DNA of 64,000 bases, from contig JAXDQP010000062.1 in assembly GCA_034667745.1 (NCBI GenBank), positions 958 to 64,957 on the forward strand. Direction: 5' to 3'. The notes beneath the pieces are model-generated. The model ran no database searches. It saw nothing but the letters and a program-made list of their open reading frames with translations, and was not told the origin of the DNA. This document shows, in pieces, positions 46,401 to 57,900 of this stretch (positions are counted from its first letter, which is position 1; each line of letters opens with the position of its first letter). Source of the stretch: Thermoplasmata archaeon (GTDB lineage Archaea > Thermoplasmatota > E2 > JACPAO01 > JAHFTW01). A program made the translations under genes and the position numbers.

Positions 46401-47336
46401 GTGCTGGACTACGCCCAGGAGCACCTCGCGGCCTGGACGTTGGCGCTGCTCGCGGGCGCCGCCTGCCGCGTCACGGGCCGCTCCGGCTGGCGCGCCGTGG
46501 GCTTCGGCCTGATGACCGTCCCGCTGTGGCTGACGCTGCTCGGCATCCTCGCGTCCCTCGCGCCGCTGCTGCAGGGCGGCACCGTCCTGGGCGCGGCGAG
46601 CACCTTCGACCTGTCGAACCAGGCCATCTCCGCCATCCTCCGGAACATCGGCTATCTTGGCGCCGGGTTCATCCTGTGGGCGACGGAGGGCGACTGGCGG
46701 CGCGCCGACCTGCGGCCGCTGGCACGCGAGCTTGGCCAGATTGTGCCGACGTGGCGCACGGAGGGACGGTCCGCCGCCGTGGGCGCGGCGCTCATCCCGC
46801 TCCTGCTGCTGGGCAACTACATCGTCGTCCGGCTGACGAGCAACGTCCCGCAGATCAACAACGGCGACGACTCGCTCTACTTCACCAACATGACCCTCTA
46901 CCACGCGCTGCTCCTGAGCGCGGCGGCGGCGCTGGGGGAGGAGCTGCTGTTCCGGGGCCTCCTGCAGGGGCTCCTGCTCCATGGGATGCGCGGCCTCGGG
47001 CGCTGGCCCAGCGTCCTGCTCGCCATCGTGGGGCAGGCCCTCGTCTTCGGCTTCGCGCACGCCGGGTACGGCAACTTCGCGCACGTGCTGTTCCCCGCCT
47101 TGTTCGGCCTGCTGGCGGGGGCCTTGGCGCTGCGCTTCGGGCTGTGGAGCGCCATCGCGCTGCACTTCCTGGCGGACTTCTACATCTTCGGGCTGGAGGC
47201 CGGCAGCCGCTCGGCGTGGGTGCTGAACCTCGTCAACGGCGTCGCGTTCGCCAACCTGGCCCTCGCCATCGTCCTCGCCGTCGTTCCCCCCGTCCAATGG
47301 GTGCGCAGGTGGCTTGCGCGCAGGGCTTTGGGATGA
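46401..47336 (+). CDS. CPBP (CAAX/Abi) intramembrane protease
   Basis: EELLFRG, FGFAH, AIALHFLAD. Confidence 0.88.
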   Translation: MLDYAQEHLAAWTLALLAGAACRVTGRSGWRAVGFGLMTVPLWLTLLGILASLAPLLQGGTVLGAASTFDLSNQAISAILRNIGYLGAGFILWATEGDWRRADLRPLARELGQIVPTWRTEGRSAAVGAALIPLLLLGNYIVVRLTSNVPQINNGDDSLYFTNMTLYHALLLSAAAALGEELLFRGLLQGLLLHGMRGLGRWPSVLLAIVGQALVFGFAHAGYGNFAHVLFPALFGLLAGALALRFGLWSAIALHFLADFYIFGLEAGSRSAWVLNLVNGVAFANLALAIVLAVVPPVQWVRRWLARRALG

Positions 47337-47414
47337 GCGCCGAGGGTCGTTGGGCGCGCAGCAGCGCGGCCGACGCCGAGCGAAGCGAGGGGACCTCGAA
47401 GCTCCACCTCCGCC

Positions 47415-47441
47415 GCGACGCACGCGCGGCGCGTGCGTCGC
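47415..47441. repeat. GC-rich palindrome downstream of tRNA-Ser
   Basis: GCGACGCACGCGC-G-GCGCGTGCGTCGC. Confidence 0.6.
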
Positions 47442-47453
47442 TGGCGGATGGAG

Positions 47454-47539
47454 CGCCGAGGGTGAGATTTGAACTCACGCGGGAGTTTCCCCCCACAAGC
47501 TTTCCAGGCTTGCGCCTTACCGGTCTAGACTACCTCGGC
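47454..47539 (-). tRNA. tRNA-Ser(GGA)
   Basis: GCCGAGG acceptor stem, CAAGC-CT-GGA-AA-GCTTG, long variable arm, GTTCAAATC. Confidence 0.92.
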
Positions 47540-47618
47540 AACGGATGGCCAGGGGAGCGCCCCCGGACGCCGCGCGCACACCGCCCGGCTATTTAACGGG
47601 AAAGGGAGTCGGCGCGGC

Positions 47619-48299
47619 GTGGCTTGGCTCTGGCAGGCGATGCGGCCGTGGTCGATGCCCATCCTGCGCGCCGTCTTCCGCATCCGCGTGGAGGGGCGCA
47701 GGCACATCCCGAAGAAGGGCGCGGCCATCCTGGCCAGCAACCACCTGTCGGCGCTCGACCACGTCGTTCTGCCGGCGGTGACGCGGCGCACCATCATCAA
47801 CATCAGCAAGGCAGAGCACTTCGACAAGCCGTTCAAGGCGTGGTTCTTCCGCAACTGGGGCGTCATCCGCCTAGTGCGCGGCAGCGGCGACCAGGTGGCG
47901 CTGGAGGCGGCGAAGAAGGCGCTGCGCGAGGGCAACCTGTTCGCCATCTACCCCGAGGGCACGCGCAGCCTCGACGGCAAACTGCACAAGGGCCACACCG
48001 GCGTCGCGCGCCTCGCGCTGGAGCTGAAGGTCCCCGTCATCCCGGTCGCGATGGTCGGCACGTTCGAGGCTAAGCCGAAGGGCGGCAAGACGAAGTATTT
48101 CTCCAAGACGGCCGCCATCGTTGGCCCGCCGCTCGACTTCTCCGCCCACTGGGGCAAGCAGAACGACAAGGAGGTGTGCCGCAAGGTCACCGACGAGGTC
48201 ATGCGCGCCCTCCAGAAGCTTTCGGGGCAGGAGTACGTGGACGAGTACCAGCACAACCCTGCGGTCCCGAGCCACGCGGCGCCCGCCAAGGCGAAGTGA
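47619..48299 (+). CDS. plsC: 1-acyl-sn-glycerol-3-phosphate acyltransferase family
   Basis: NHLSALD, YPEGTRS, GVARLAL, VPVIPV. Confidence 0.88.
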   Translation: MAWLWQAMRPWSMPILRAVFRIRVEGRRHIPKKGAAILASNHLSALDHVVLPAVTRRTIINISKAEHFDKPFKAWFFRNWGVIRLVRGSGDQVALEAAKKALREGNLFAIYPEGTRSLDGKLHKGHTGVARLALELKVPVIPVAMVGTFEAKPKGGKTKYFSKTAAIVGPPLDFSAHWGKQNDKEVCRKVTDEVMRALQKLSGQEYVDEYQHNPAVPSHAAPAKAK

Positions 48300-48647
48300 A
48301 TGGCCGTTACGTTCTGGGGCCGCCGGGGCGACCCGGAAACCTTGGACGCGCTGGCGTTCCTGCGGCAGCAGCGCTACGGCGCCGACCGGGTGCTGGACCT
48401 CGACCGCACGCCGCCGACCGCCGCCGAGATGGAGTTGCTTCGCAAAGGCCTGGGCGACCTGCGCGCCGCCGTGGACCCGAAGCATCCTGACGCGGCCGCC
48501 CCTCCCGACGAGGCCTTGCCCGCGTGGCTCGCCGCCGACCCGCGCCGCATCCGCTCGCCGCTGCTGCTGACGCCCAAGGGCGCCCTGGCCGGCTTCCGTG
48601 AGCAGAAGTGGCGCGCCTTCCTGGACATCGGCAAGGGCCGCTCCTAG
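48300..48647 (+). CDS. ArsC/Spx-like protein lacking CxxC
   Basis: PPT..E..LL, DPRRIRSPLL, LAGF....W. Confidence 0.65.
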   Translation: MAVTFWGRRGDPETLDALAFLRQQRYGADRVLDLDRTPPTAAEMELLRKGLGDLRAAVDPKHPDAAAPPDEALPAWLAADPRRIRSPLLLTPKGALAGFREQKWRAFLDIGKGRS

Positions 48648-48648
48648 C

Positions 48649-49710
48649 CTACGTCGTCCCCAGGATATAGATGAGGATGAGGTCGAGGACGAAGAGGGCC
48701 ACGACCATCGCCTCCAGGAACGTCGAGCGGCGGTGGTGCGTCTCCTCCTCCGCCAACTGGAACATGTCCTCCAAGGTCCCCATCTTGCCCGCGACGGCGC
48801 GCTCCCAACTGTCGAGGTGGAACGCGGCACGCAGGTGGCCGTGCAGCTTGGCGAGGTACCAGTCGCCGAACATCTTGCCGGTGTCGTGCAGGTTGTCCGT
48901 CAGGCGCGCGAAGTCGACCCGCAGCGCCGACATCCCCTTCAGCGTCGAGCGGGCGGAGCGGAAGATGCCGCCGCGCGCCCACAGCCGGTCGAGGCTCAGG
49001 AACGCCTTGTCGAGCTGCTGGTCGAGGTAGGCGTCGTAGGTGCGGAACTCCAGCAGCTCCAGGTTCGCGAGCTCCATCACGTCGAGGGCGTCCTCGTAGC
49101 TTCCCTCGCGCCCCACCAGGACCGCGTTGTCCCACCCGATGATGGCGGCGTCGTTGTGGTAGTAGCGGAAGGTGTGCTTGAGCGCGGTGTCCACGATGGC
49201 GTCGCTGAGGCTTCCCTCGGGCTCGCCCGCGACGAGGGCCGCCAGCGCGGGGCGGTGCGTCCGGAGCAGCTCATCGGGCGGCGGCGCCTCCGACAGGCAG
49301 TAGACCGTGTAGCGCTCCGGCTCGATCTCCACCGGGTAGGGCTCGACGCGGGCGTCCTGCAGCCCGGCGCGCACCTTGCCGAACCACGCAAGGGCAGACT
49401 CCTCCAGCGACTTCCCGTCGATGCGGAGCGCGTGCGGCAGCGCGGCCAGGCCCGCCCAGTCGGTCTCGGGGACGAGGATGCGCAGCCGCAGGGCGACCAC
49501 GCCCACCTGGTGTACCCGCACCTCGACGCGGCAGCCCGGCTCGTCGAAGGCGACCTCCAGCGGCTCGGGGAAGCTGGCGTAGGGTGGCGCGGCGGAGCGC
49601 GTCACGAGCGGCGCGGGCGCGGGGGCGCGGCCCAGGAGGGAGGGGATGCGGGAGAGGTCCAGCTCGGAGCCGGCGTCGAACAGGGTGAAGTGCACCAGTT
49701 CGCCGCGCAC
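48649..49710 (-). CDS. RMD1/DUF155-like protein with C-terminal TM
   Basis: Helical domain ELANLELLEFRTYD..LD, FHLDSW, terminal LEAMVVALFVLDLIL. Confidence 0.6.
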   Translation of the reverse strand: MRGELVHFTLFDAGSELDLSRIPSLLGRAPAPAPLVTRSAAPPYASFPEPLEVAFDEPGCRVEVRVHQVGVVALRLRILVPETDWAGLAALPHALRIDGKSLEESALAWFGKVRAGLQDARVEPYPVEIEPERYTVYCLSEAPPPDELLRTHRPALAALVAGEPEGSLSDAIVDTALKHTFRYYHNDAAIIGWDNAVLVGREGSYEDALDVMELANLELLEFRTYDAYLDQQLDKAFLSLDRLWARGGIFRSARSTLKGMSALRVDFARLTDNLHDTGKMFGDWYLAKLHGHLRAAFHLDSWERAVAGKMGTLEDMFQLAEEETHHRRSTFLEAMVVALFVLDLILIYILGTT

Positions 49711-49788
49711 GGGGGCGGGATGGGCGGGCGTGCCATCAAGGCATGGGTCGCCACATGCGCTTTGTAGGGCAGCGGGGCTGGCGGCGCG

Positions 49789-50652
49789 ATGATGCGCATC
49801 GGCGCCCACAACTCGATTGCCGGCGGGATGCACAACGCCGTCGCGGAGTGCCTCTCTATCGGCGGCGACGCGATGCAGGTCTTCTGCAAGAACCAGCGCC
49901 AGTGGACGGCCAAGCCGCTCGCGCCCGAGGACGTCAAGCTGTTCAAGGACGCCGTCGCCGCCGCCAAGATCGGCCCCGTCATGGTGCACGACTCCTACCT
50001 CATCAACATGGCCCACCCCGACCCCGCCAAGCGCGAGGCGAGCCGCCTGGCGTTCCTGCACGAGCTGGAGCGCACCGAGGCGCTGGGCATCCAGTACCTC
50101 AACTTCCACCCCGGCAGCCACGTGCACGAGGACAAGAAGATGCGCGACGACCGGGCCCACCGCGACACCTGCCTCGACAACCTCGCGGCGGCGATGGCGC
50201 AGTGCATCGACGAGACCAAGGGCTACAAGGCCAAGCTGGTCATCGAGAACGCGGCGGGCCAGGGCACCAACGTCGGCAACTCCTGGGAGGAGATTGGCCG
50301 CCTCGTGGACGCCGTGGCCAGCCCCCGCGTCGGCGTCACCGTGGACACGCAGCACTCGTGGGCGTGCGGCTACGACTGGCGCGACCACTACGACGAGTGC
50401 TGGGACGGCTTCGACTCCGCCATCGGCCTGAAGTGGCTCGTCGCGTTCCACCTCAACGACTCCAAGCAGCCGTGCGGCGCCCGCGTGGACCGCCACGACA
50501 CCGTCGGCGAGGGCCTGCTGGGCCTGGAGTTCTTCCGCACCCTGGTCAACGACCGGCGCTTCGACGACCGCGTCGGCTACCTGGAGACGCCGGAGGGGCC
50601 GGACTCCTGGCGCAAGGAGATTGCCCTGCTGCGCTCCCTCCGCGCGGCCTGA
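49789..50652 (+). CDS. nfo: endonuclease IV
   Basis: IGAH.SIAGG, HDSYLIN, NFHPGS, ENAAGQG, DTQH, FHLNDSK, DRH, ETP. Confidence 0.95.
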   Translation: MMRIGAHNSIAGGMHNAVAECLSIGGDAMQVFCKNQRQWTAKPLAPEDVKLFKDAVAAAKIGPVMVHDSYLINMAHPDPAKREASRLAFLHELERTEALGIQYLNFHPGSHVHEDKKMRDDRAHRDTCLDNLAAAMAQCIDETKGYKAKLVIENAAGQGTNVGNSWEEIGRLVDAVASPRVGVTVDTQHSWACGYDWRDHYDECWDGFDSAIGLKWLVAFHLNDSKQPCGARVDRHDTVGEGLLGLEFFRTLVNDRRFDDRVGYLETPEGPDSWRKEIALLRSLRAA

Positions 50653-50735
50653 CGCAGGCTCCCGGTCTGCGCGAGTGGGCCGCACCAGTCCGTCCCACAG
50701 CGCACATGAAGACCCTTGGGTGCCAATCCACGGCC

Positions 50736-51065
50736 ATGTCCCCCCAAGGCGACAAGTCCTCCTACACGTCGAAGCAGAAGCGCCAGGCCCGCCACATCGA
50801 GCAGTCGGTGAAGAAGCGCGGCGGGTCGTCCAAGAAGGCGGCCCGCATCGCCTACGCCACCGTCAACAAGCAGGACGGCGGCGGCAAGAAGTCGGGCGCC
50901 GGCCGCGGCAAGCGCCGCAGCACCGCCTCGTCGCGCAAGGGGGGCCGCAAGGGCGGCAAGGCGGCCAGCCGCAAGGCCTCGGGCCGCAGCACCCGCTCCA
51001 CCCGCACCTCGCGCTCGAGCCGCACCACCCGGCCGGCGCGCTCCAAGTCGTCCCGCTCGCGCTAG
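50736..51065 (+). CDS. small highly basic protein
   Basis: GDKSSYTSKQKRQARHIE...ARIAYATVNKQDGGGKKSG then Arg/Ser-rich tail. Confidence 0.8.
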   Translation: MSPQGDKSSYTSKQKRQARHIEQSVKKRGGSSKKAARIAYATVNKQDGGGKKSGAGRGKRRSTASSRKGGRKGGKAASRKASGRSTRSTRTSRSSRTTRPARSKSSRSR

Positions 51066-51108
51066 GCGTCCCTGAAGCCCCTAATGCCCCGGCGGCCAAG
51101 CGCTGCCC

Positions 51109-51465
51109 ATGGCAACCACCCGCAGGCTGTCCACCGCCAGCCGCAAGAAGAGCTCCCGCACCCCCTCGCGCAGCGCCCGCGGCACCCGCCCGGCGCGCCG
51201 CACCGCCAAGAGCGTCGGCAAGGGCAAGACGGCCAAGCGCGGCAACACGCGCCCGTCCCGCAAGAGCGCCAGCCGCAAGGCCTCCACGCGCCGTTCCCGC
51301 CCCGCCCAGCGCGAGCAGCTTGAGTTCATCGAGCTGCCCGCCTCCGGCTCCTCGGGGTCGTCGTGGGAGCCCGACTCCTACACCCCCAAGGCCGAGCTGG
51401 CGCCGGTCAAGGAGGAGCGCAAGGAGAGCAAGGGCTTCTTCGGCAGCCTCTTCGGCGGCCGGTAG
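51109..51465 (+). CDS. Arg/Lys/Ser-rich low-complexity protein
   Basis: Basic N-terminal half; C-terminal KGFFGSLFGG amphipathic motif. Confidence 0.65.
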   Translation: MATTRRLSTASRKKSSRTPSRSARGTRPARRTAKSVGKGKTAKRGNTRPSRKSASRKASTRRSRPAQREQLEFIELPASGSSGSSWEPDSYTPKAELAPVKEERKESKGFFGSLFGGR

Positions 51466-51466
51466 C

Positions 51467-51934
51467 CTAAGCGTCGAACTTGACGCCCTGCTGGATGACC
51501 AACACGGTCAGAGCCGGCTCCGCCGTCGCGTTTGCGTAGATGGGAGAGGGCTCACCGCGCGCCCCCGGGCCGGGCGTGAGCGTGACCGCCAGCGTGCAGG
51601 TCTGCGTCCCGCCGACGGCGACCGTGGATGGACCCCAGACAGTGGCGTCCAATCCCGCGCGCAGCGCCCACGCGATGCCGACCTTCGTTCCCGCGGGCGC
51701 GCCGCGCGCGTCGAGATCGAACAGGGCCACCGAGGGCGCGGCCGGGTCCAGGTCAAGCCAACTGTGGCGCTCGCGTCCGTGCGCGAAGCCGTAGGTGTTG
51801 TTCACGCGCAGCACCAGGACCGCGTCGTGCGGCTCGTCGCCGTCGAGGGCATGGCACGCCACGCGCGGGTCGCTGGGGAGGGACGGGGCGGCGCAGCCTG
51901 CCAGCAGCAGCGCAAGCGCCGCCGCGCGCAGCAC
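51467..51934 (-). CDS. lipoprotein, hypothetical
   Basis: MLRAAALALLLAGC lipobox. Confidence 0.6.
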   Translation of the reverse strand: MLRAAALALLLAGCAAPSLPSDPRVACHALDGDEPHDAVLVLRVNNTYGFAHGRERHSWLDLDPAAPSVALFDLDARGAPAGTKVGIAWALRAGLDATVWGPSTVAVGGTQTCTLAVTLTPGPGARGEPSPIYANATAEPALTVLVIQQGVKFDA

Positions 51935-51936
51935 GC

Positions 51937-52560
51937 CTACTCCTTCGGCTTCGTGGAGAGTTCGGCGAACGCCATCTTCCCGCTGAGGCGGTTGACCTTC
52001 GCCCACACGGTCTGGCCGACCTGGCCGCCGGGCACGATGAAGAAGTAGCCCTCGTAGGCGCCCTTGCCCTCGCCGCGCTGGCCGGGCTGCGTCAGGCGCA
52101 CCTCGTAGACGCCGCCCTCCTTGACGGCGGCCTCCTGGCGGCGCGCCTTGCGGGCCTTGATGGGGGTGTGCGCGCCGCACGCCTCGCAGCGCAGGATGGT
52201 GACGCGGCCGTCCTTCTCCAGGTGGGTGTCGGGGGCGCCGCACTCGACGCAGCGCACGTAGGTCTCGACGTAGTCCTCCAGCACGGCGCGCATCTTGCTC
52301 TCCGGCACCTTGCCGGTGAAGACGAGGCGGTCGCCGTCGACGCTGCCGGCCGTGCCGATCTGCGACAGCAGGAACTTGGCCATGTGGTCCTGGTCGCGGC
52401 GGGTCGCCGTCAGCATCTCCTTGAAGTTGCGCAGGAGGGTCATGCGGCCCTCGGGGATGACCTCGGGGCGGGGCAGCGCCCAGCGGTCCTTGTTGCCGAC
52501 GTTCTCCGGGAGCGTCGAGCGGGCCTTCTTCAGGAGCGCGAGGTAGTCGTTCTGGTCCAT
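51937..52560 (-). CDS. eif2b: translation initiation factor aIF2 beta with TRAM domain
   Basis: Y..LL.KAR, YVRCVECGAPDT, CEACGA, C-terminal TRAM. Confidence 0.93.
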   Translation of the reverse strand: MDQNDYLALLKKARSTLPENVGNKDRWALPRPEVIPEGRMTLLRNFKEMLTATRRDQDHMAKFLLSQIGTAGSVDGDRLVFTGKVPESKMRAVLEDYVETYVRCVECGAPDTHLEKDGRVTILRCEACGAHTPIKARKARRQEAAVKEGGVYEVRLTQPGQRGEGKGAYEGYFFIVPGGQVGQTVWAKVNRLSGKMAFAELSTKPKE

Positions 52561-52606
52561 GCCGTGCGGACAGGACGCATCCCTATAAGGTGCGGGGTTG
52601 GCGTCT

Positions 52607-53170
52607 TCAGCAGGTCTTCAGCGTGAGCCCGGCGGGCGGCTCGCCCTGCCCCTGCGCGACCACCCAGAGCGCGAAGGCGCCGTGGAACGCCCCTTGCGGC
52701 CGGAGCCCGATGGCCCACGCCCCGGGCGCCGCGCCGGGGACGCTGATGACGGTGACGGCGTCGTGGGCGGCGTTGACGGGGACCGGCCCGGCCATCTGCG
52801 TGCCGGCCGGGAAGTGCGCGTCGCCGGAGGGCCCGCTGACGTCCATGGAGAGCCAGCCCTGGTCCGTGGAGGCGTTGAGCTGGAAGCGGATGGACGTCAC
52901 GCCCTTGGGCGCCGCCAGCATGGCCCCCGGGAACGGGCAGCGGGCGGGGTCGTCCGGGACCTTGAGCGCCCCCACGGCCGCCTGGCCTGCGGCGGTGAGG
53001 GTGCCGGCAAGGGTCGTGCTGGCGGACCACGCAGGCGGGATTTCGGCCGCGCCGGTGTCTTTGTCGGGGCTAGGCGTGGCGGTCGCGGACGGGGCGGGGA
53101 TGGGGGGCGGGGCGGCGCAGCCGGCCAGGAGGGCGGCAACCAGCAGAACCGCGGGCCATGCGGAGGGCAT
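52607..53170 (-). CDS. lipoprotein, hypothetical
   Basis: AVLLVAALLAGC lipobox, Pro/Thr linker. Confidence 0.6.
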   Translation of the reverse strand: MPSAWPAVLLVAALLAGCAAPPPIPAPSATATPSPDKDTGAAEIPPAWSASTTLAGTLTAAGQAAVGALKVPDDPARCPFPGAMLAAPKGVTSIRFQLNASTDQGWLSMDVSGPSGDAHFPAGTQMAGPVPVNAAHDAVTVISVPGAAPGAWAIGLRPQGAFHGAFALWVVAQGQGEPPAGLTLKTC

Positions 53171-53262
53171 GGTTCCAAAGCCGCCGGCACGCAACTTAAG
53201 GATTCAGGCCGCCCGGGGAAAGGATTGGCCCATTGCTTTGCCGAGCCGTCGCGAACCTTCGC

Positions 53263-54912
53263 TCAGGCGGCCGCGACCGGTTCGGGGCCCTCGTTCAGGA
53301 CGCCCTTCTCGGCGAGCGCGGCGCGGACCAGGCCCACGAAGAGCGGGCCTGGCTTCTGCGGGCGGCTGTTGAACTCAGGGTGGAACTGGCCGCCGATGAA
53401 GTACGGGTGCTGACTGCGCGGCAGCTCCATGACCTCCATGATGGGGCGGTCGGGCATGCGGCCCGAGAACACCATGCCCGCCTTCTCCATGCGCGCGACG
53501 TACTCGGGGTTCATCTCGTAGCGGTGGCGGTGGCGCTCGCTCACCACGTCGCTGCCGTACAGTTCCGCCGCGAGGCTGCCGGGCGCCAGGACGCACTCGT
53601 AGCTGCCCAGCCGCATCGTGCCGCCAAGCTCCGCGATCTCGTACTGCTCCGGCAGGATGCAGATGACGGGGTGCGCCGTGTTGACGTCCATCTCGGTCGA
53701 GTTGGCGCCGGGGAGGCCGCACAGGTTGCGCGCGAACTCCACGATGGCGAGCTGGAAGCCAAGGCAGATGCCGAGGAAGGGCACCTGGTTCTCGCGGGCG
53801 TGCTGCACGGCGCGCACCTTCCCCTCGGTGCCGCGGCTGCCGAAGCCGGGGCCGACCAGGATGGCGTCGGCCTCCTTCAGCTTCCGCCACGCCTCGCTGT
53901 CGTCGCTCTCCAGGTCCTCGCCCTCGACGTAGGCGATCTTGACCTTGGTGTCGAGGCTGGCGCCGGCGTGCCGGAGGGCCTCGTTGATGCTGAGGTAGGA
54001 GTCGCTCAGGTCGGTGTACTTGCCGACGAAGGCGACGGTGACGGTGTGGCTGGGGTTGACGATGCGGTCCACCAGCTCGCGCCACGCCTGCAGGTCGGGC
54101 GCCTTGGCCTTGACCTTGAGGCGCCTGAGGATGGTCTCGGGGACGCCCTGCTCCTCCAGGATGAGGGGGACCTCGTAGATGCTGCGCGCGTCGTGGGCCG
54201 AGATGACGGCGGCCTCGTCCACGTCGCAGAAGCTCGCGATTTTCTCGCGGATTTCGGGGTGGAGCGGCTGCGTGCTGCGGCAGACAATCATGTCCGGGTG
54301 CAGGCCGATGGACTTGAGGTCGCGCACGGTGTGCTGCGTTGGCTTGGTCTTCTGCTCCCCGACGGCGCCGACCACGGGCACCAGGCTCGTGTGGATGAGG
54401 AAGAGGTTCTCGTGGCCGACCTCACGGTGGAGCTGGCGGATGGCCTCCAGGAACGGGGCGCTCTCGATGTCGCCCACGGTGCCGCCGACCTCGACGAGGC
54501 AGACGTCTGCGCCGGAGGTCTTCGCCACGCGCTTGATCCACTCGCGAATCTCGTTCGTGATGTGCGGGACGATTTGGACGGTCTTGCCGAGGTAGTCGCC
54601 GCGGCGCTCCTTGTCGATGACTGACTTGTAGACCTTCCCGGTCGTGATGTTGTTGTCCCGCGTCAGCGGGATGTCGAGGAAGCGCTCGTAGTTTCCCAGG
54701 TCGAGGTCGGCCTCGCCGCCGTCGTTGAGGACGAACACCTCGCCGTGCTCGAACGGGTTCATGGTCCCCGCGTCCGAGTTGAGGTAGGGGTCAATCTTGA
54801 CGGCGGTGAGGCTCACGCCGCGGGCCTTGAGGAGCGTGCCGATGGAGCTGGTGGTGATGCCCTTGCCCAGCCCAGAAAGGACCCCGCCCGTGACGACGAT
54901 GTACTTCGTCAT
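53263..54912 (-). CDS. pyrG: CTP synthase
   Basis: [45 protein letters not shown]. Confidence 0.98.
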   Translation of the reverse strand: MTKYIVVTGGVLSGLGKGITTSSIGTLLKARGVSLTAVKIDPYLNSDAGTMNPFEHGEVFVLNDGGEADLDLGNYERFLDIPLTRDNNITTGKVYKSVIDKERRGDYLGKTVQIVPHITNEIREWIKRVAKTSGADVCLVEVGGTVGDIESAPFLEAIRQLHREVGHENLFLIHTSLVPVVGAVGEQKTKPTQHTVRDLKSIGLHPDMIVCRSTQPLHPEIREKIASFCDVDEAAVISAHDARSIYEVPLILEEQGVPETILRRLKVKAKAPDLQAWRELVDRIVNPSHTVTVAFVGKYTDLSDSYLSINEALRHAGASLDTKVKIAYVEGEDLESDDSEAWRKLKEADAILVGPGFGSRGTEGKVRAVQHARENQVPFLGICLGFQLAIVEFARNLCGLPGANSTEMDVNTAHPVICILPEQYEIAELGGTMRLGSYECVLAPGSLAAELYGSDVVSERHRHRYEMNPEYVARMEKAGMVFSGRMPDRPIMEVMELPRSQHPYFIGGQFHPEFNSRPQKPGPLFVGLVRAALAEKGVLNEGPEPVAAA

Positions 54913-54988
54913 ACGCTACGGGAACCTCCCTACGCTAGCGCTCCATTTAGGGTTTGGCCAGGCGGCCGCCACGCCTGCGCCCACGGAA

Positions 54989-57900
54989 CTAGGGCGACCA
55001 CAGCGAGACCGTCCCCGGCAGTTGGCCCAGGCTGGCCTCGAAGCTGCCGCCGCCCGCCGGGAGGTCCAGCGCGCCGACGACGATGCGGCCGTCCGCGAGG
55101 GCCGCGCCGCCCAGGACGCCGCCTCCCGCGTCCAGCGAGACCGCCTCGCGGCCGGTGTGGAGGTCGTAGGCCTTGAGCTGCCCCGCGTAGGAGCCAATCC
55201 AGGCGAGGCCGTTGCCGATGGCCACCGGCGCGAAGGCCGTCGAGGGCAGGGACTGCTCCCACAGCAGGTCGCCGGTCGCCGCGTCGAAGCCGGCGATGCG
55301 GTCCGCGTCCGTGGAGCTGATGACCTCGACGCCGTCCGCGTAGCCGCCGGAGCCGACCAAGGCGGTGCGCATCTCCAGCAGGTGGCTGCCGTGCAGGAGC
55401 GCGCCGGTGCCGAGGTCCACCGCCCACGCGGGCCCGTGCTTCTCGGAGGCCAGGACGACGGGGCGGCCCGCCACGACGGCGAGGTGCGGGGTGCCGCTGA
55501 GGTCGCGGTTCATGGCGCGCGTCACCTCCGGCGTCGTCTCCTGGTTCGTGTCGTAGGGGAAGAAGCGGTGGCTCCAGACGAGGTGGCCGTCGGCGCGGTC
55601 GAGCGCGAGCAGGGAGTCCATCGTGGCGGGCTGGCCGGTGTCCGTGCCGGGGCTGGTGCCGACGACGACGAGGCCGCTGCCGCCGGGCGCAAGCGGCGAG
55701 GCCCAGACGCGGGCGCCGGAGTTCGGCTGCGGCGCGGTGGGCACTTGCCACACGAGCGCGCCGGTGGCGGGCACCAGGCGGGCGACGTAGCCACGGTCGG
55801 CATCGACGCCAACGAAGAGGTCGCCGCCCTGCACGGTGGGGCTGGCCCACAGGCGGCCGGTGAACGCGTGGCTCCACGCGATGGCGCCCGTGTCGGCGCG
55901 GAGCGCGTAGAGGGTGGGGCCGGCGCCCACGAGAACAAGGCCGTCGGACAGCGAGGCCGACCCGTCGACGGGCGCGGGCAGCGTGGTGCGCCACACGACG
56001 GCGCCGGTGGCGGCGTTGAGGGCGTACATCGACTTGCCCCAGGTGCCGACGTAGACGCGCCCGTCCACGACGGCGGGCGTGGCCGTGACGCTGCCGTCAA
56101 CGTGCGCGCGCCAGCGCAGGGTCACGCCGGGGGCGGTCGGGCTGGGCAGCGTCGGGTCGGGGTTGCTGCGGGTGTTCCAGCTGTCGCGCCCGTACTGCGG
56201 CCAACCGGTTGCCTCGGCAGGCGGGTCCACGGTTGCGATGGGAAGCGGTGAGGGGACGCTCGCGGAGGGCGTCACCGAGAGCGTGTCGAAGCGCGCCGTC
56301 GGCCCCGTGAACGGGTCCTCGAACGAGGCGCCAAGCGTGTAGCCGACGCCCGCGACAAGGTAGCGTTGCGCCGTGAGGTCGATGGTGGTTCCCTGCACGG
56401 CCTCCGCGACGACGGTGCGGTTGAGCCAGAGATGCACGAGCGGCCCCACTGTCGCGACGGTGCCGGCGCCCTGCACGCGCAGGTCGTACCAGCCGGACTC
56501 CTGCACCACGACGGGGGACTCCAGGAAGCCGAAGTCGGTGAACTTCCAGCCAGGGCCCTCCGCCGCGCCGCCCGAATGGACGCGGGCTGCGGCGCCGGTG
56601 AAGGTGAGCGGTGGCGGGCTGCCGTCGATGCGCAGGTCGGACAGGACGACGGGGCCGCCCACGGCGCGGTAGGTCACGGTGCGCTGGCCGCCGGGCAGGT
56701 CGAAGGGCGTGAGGCGGGGCCGCGCGACGGGTCCCGCCACGAGGGCGTCCTGCGCAAGCACCCCATCGACGTCCACCTGGACGCGCTGGCGCACGTTCAG
56801 CTCCGGCGGCGTGGCCACCATCGCGAGCAGGTCGCCGGGGCCGCCCATCCACGCGAACTGGAAGCTGCGCGACTGGCCCGCCGCCAGCGTGAAGGGGCCG
56901 CCGGGGAAGGTCGAGGCGGCGCCGGTGCGGACCACGTCGAGGATGAGGTTGCGGTCCTCGGTGCTGCTTGCGGCGTCGTTGGTGAACGAGATGCGCAGGA
57001 GGTGGTCGCCGCTGGGCAGGATGGGCGCCGCGTAGTCCGCGAACGCCGCACTGGCCACTGCCACCGTGTAGACGAGGGCGCCATCGACCCGGACCTGCAT
57101 CTGCGGCCAGGCGCCGCCAAGCGGGGTGCCGCGCGCCACGATGGTCAGCGGGTTGGTGCCGTCGCCGGCGACGTGGTCCTCGACGTAGCCGTTCGTCCAC
57201 AGGTTCCACGCCGCGCCTCCGCTGGCGCTGCCGGTGAGCACCTTGCCGCCCGTGCTCTTCACGGCGAACGCCTCGGCCTCGAGCGAGCCGGGGCTGCCGG
57301 GCGGCGGCGGGGGAGGGGGCGGTGGCGGAGGCGGCGAGCCGCTGCACGCCGTCGTCGGGGTCGCGGAGGGCCAGGTGTAGCCGCCGGAGAGCGCCGCGGC
57401 TCCGCCGGTGGAGCGGGCGCGGAAATCGACCTTGGAGCCGGGCGTCACGTGAAAGCTCGCGGCCCACCCGCCCCACGACTGCTTGGTGAGCGCGGTCCAG
57501 GTCGCAGGGCAGCCGGCGCGGGCATCGACGCCGGCGAGGGGCTGGTTGGCGTTGACGCTCGCCTGCACCCACCACTCGTTGCCCTGCACGCCCGAGAACG
57601 TGGCCGTGAAGTTGCCGCTGGGTGGCGGGGGCGGCGGTGGGGGTGGCGGAGGCGGGGGAGGCGTGCCGCACTGCTCTACGGCGCCGGGGTGCGTGAACCA
57701 GCAGCTCTCGAAGTTGCTCGCCCCGCCGGGGAACGAGGCGCGGAAGCGGACCTGGTTGCCGGGCTCGACGTGGAAGCTGCCGGCCCACCAGGTGTGGTCG
57801 CTGGTCCAGGCCTGGGGCGAGAGCGCGACCCAGGGGCCGCCGGTGTCCATCGCCTGCACGCTGGAGGCCGTCGCGCCGTCCATGCCGCCGAGGCGGACCT

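Noticed and set aside
57295..57660. GGC/GGT-rich simple repeats
   Set aside because: They encode poly-proline linkers of the secreted protein.
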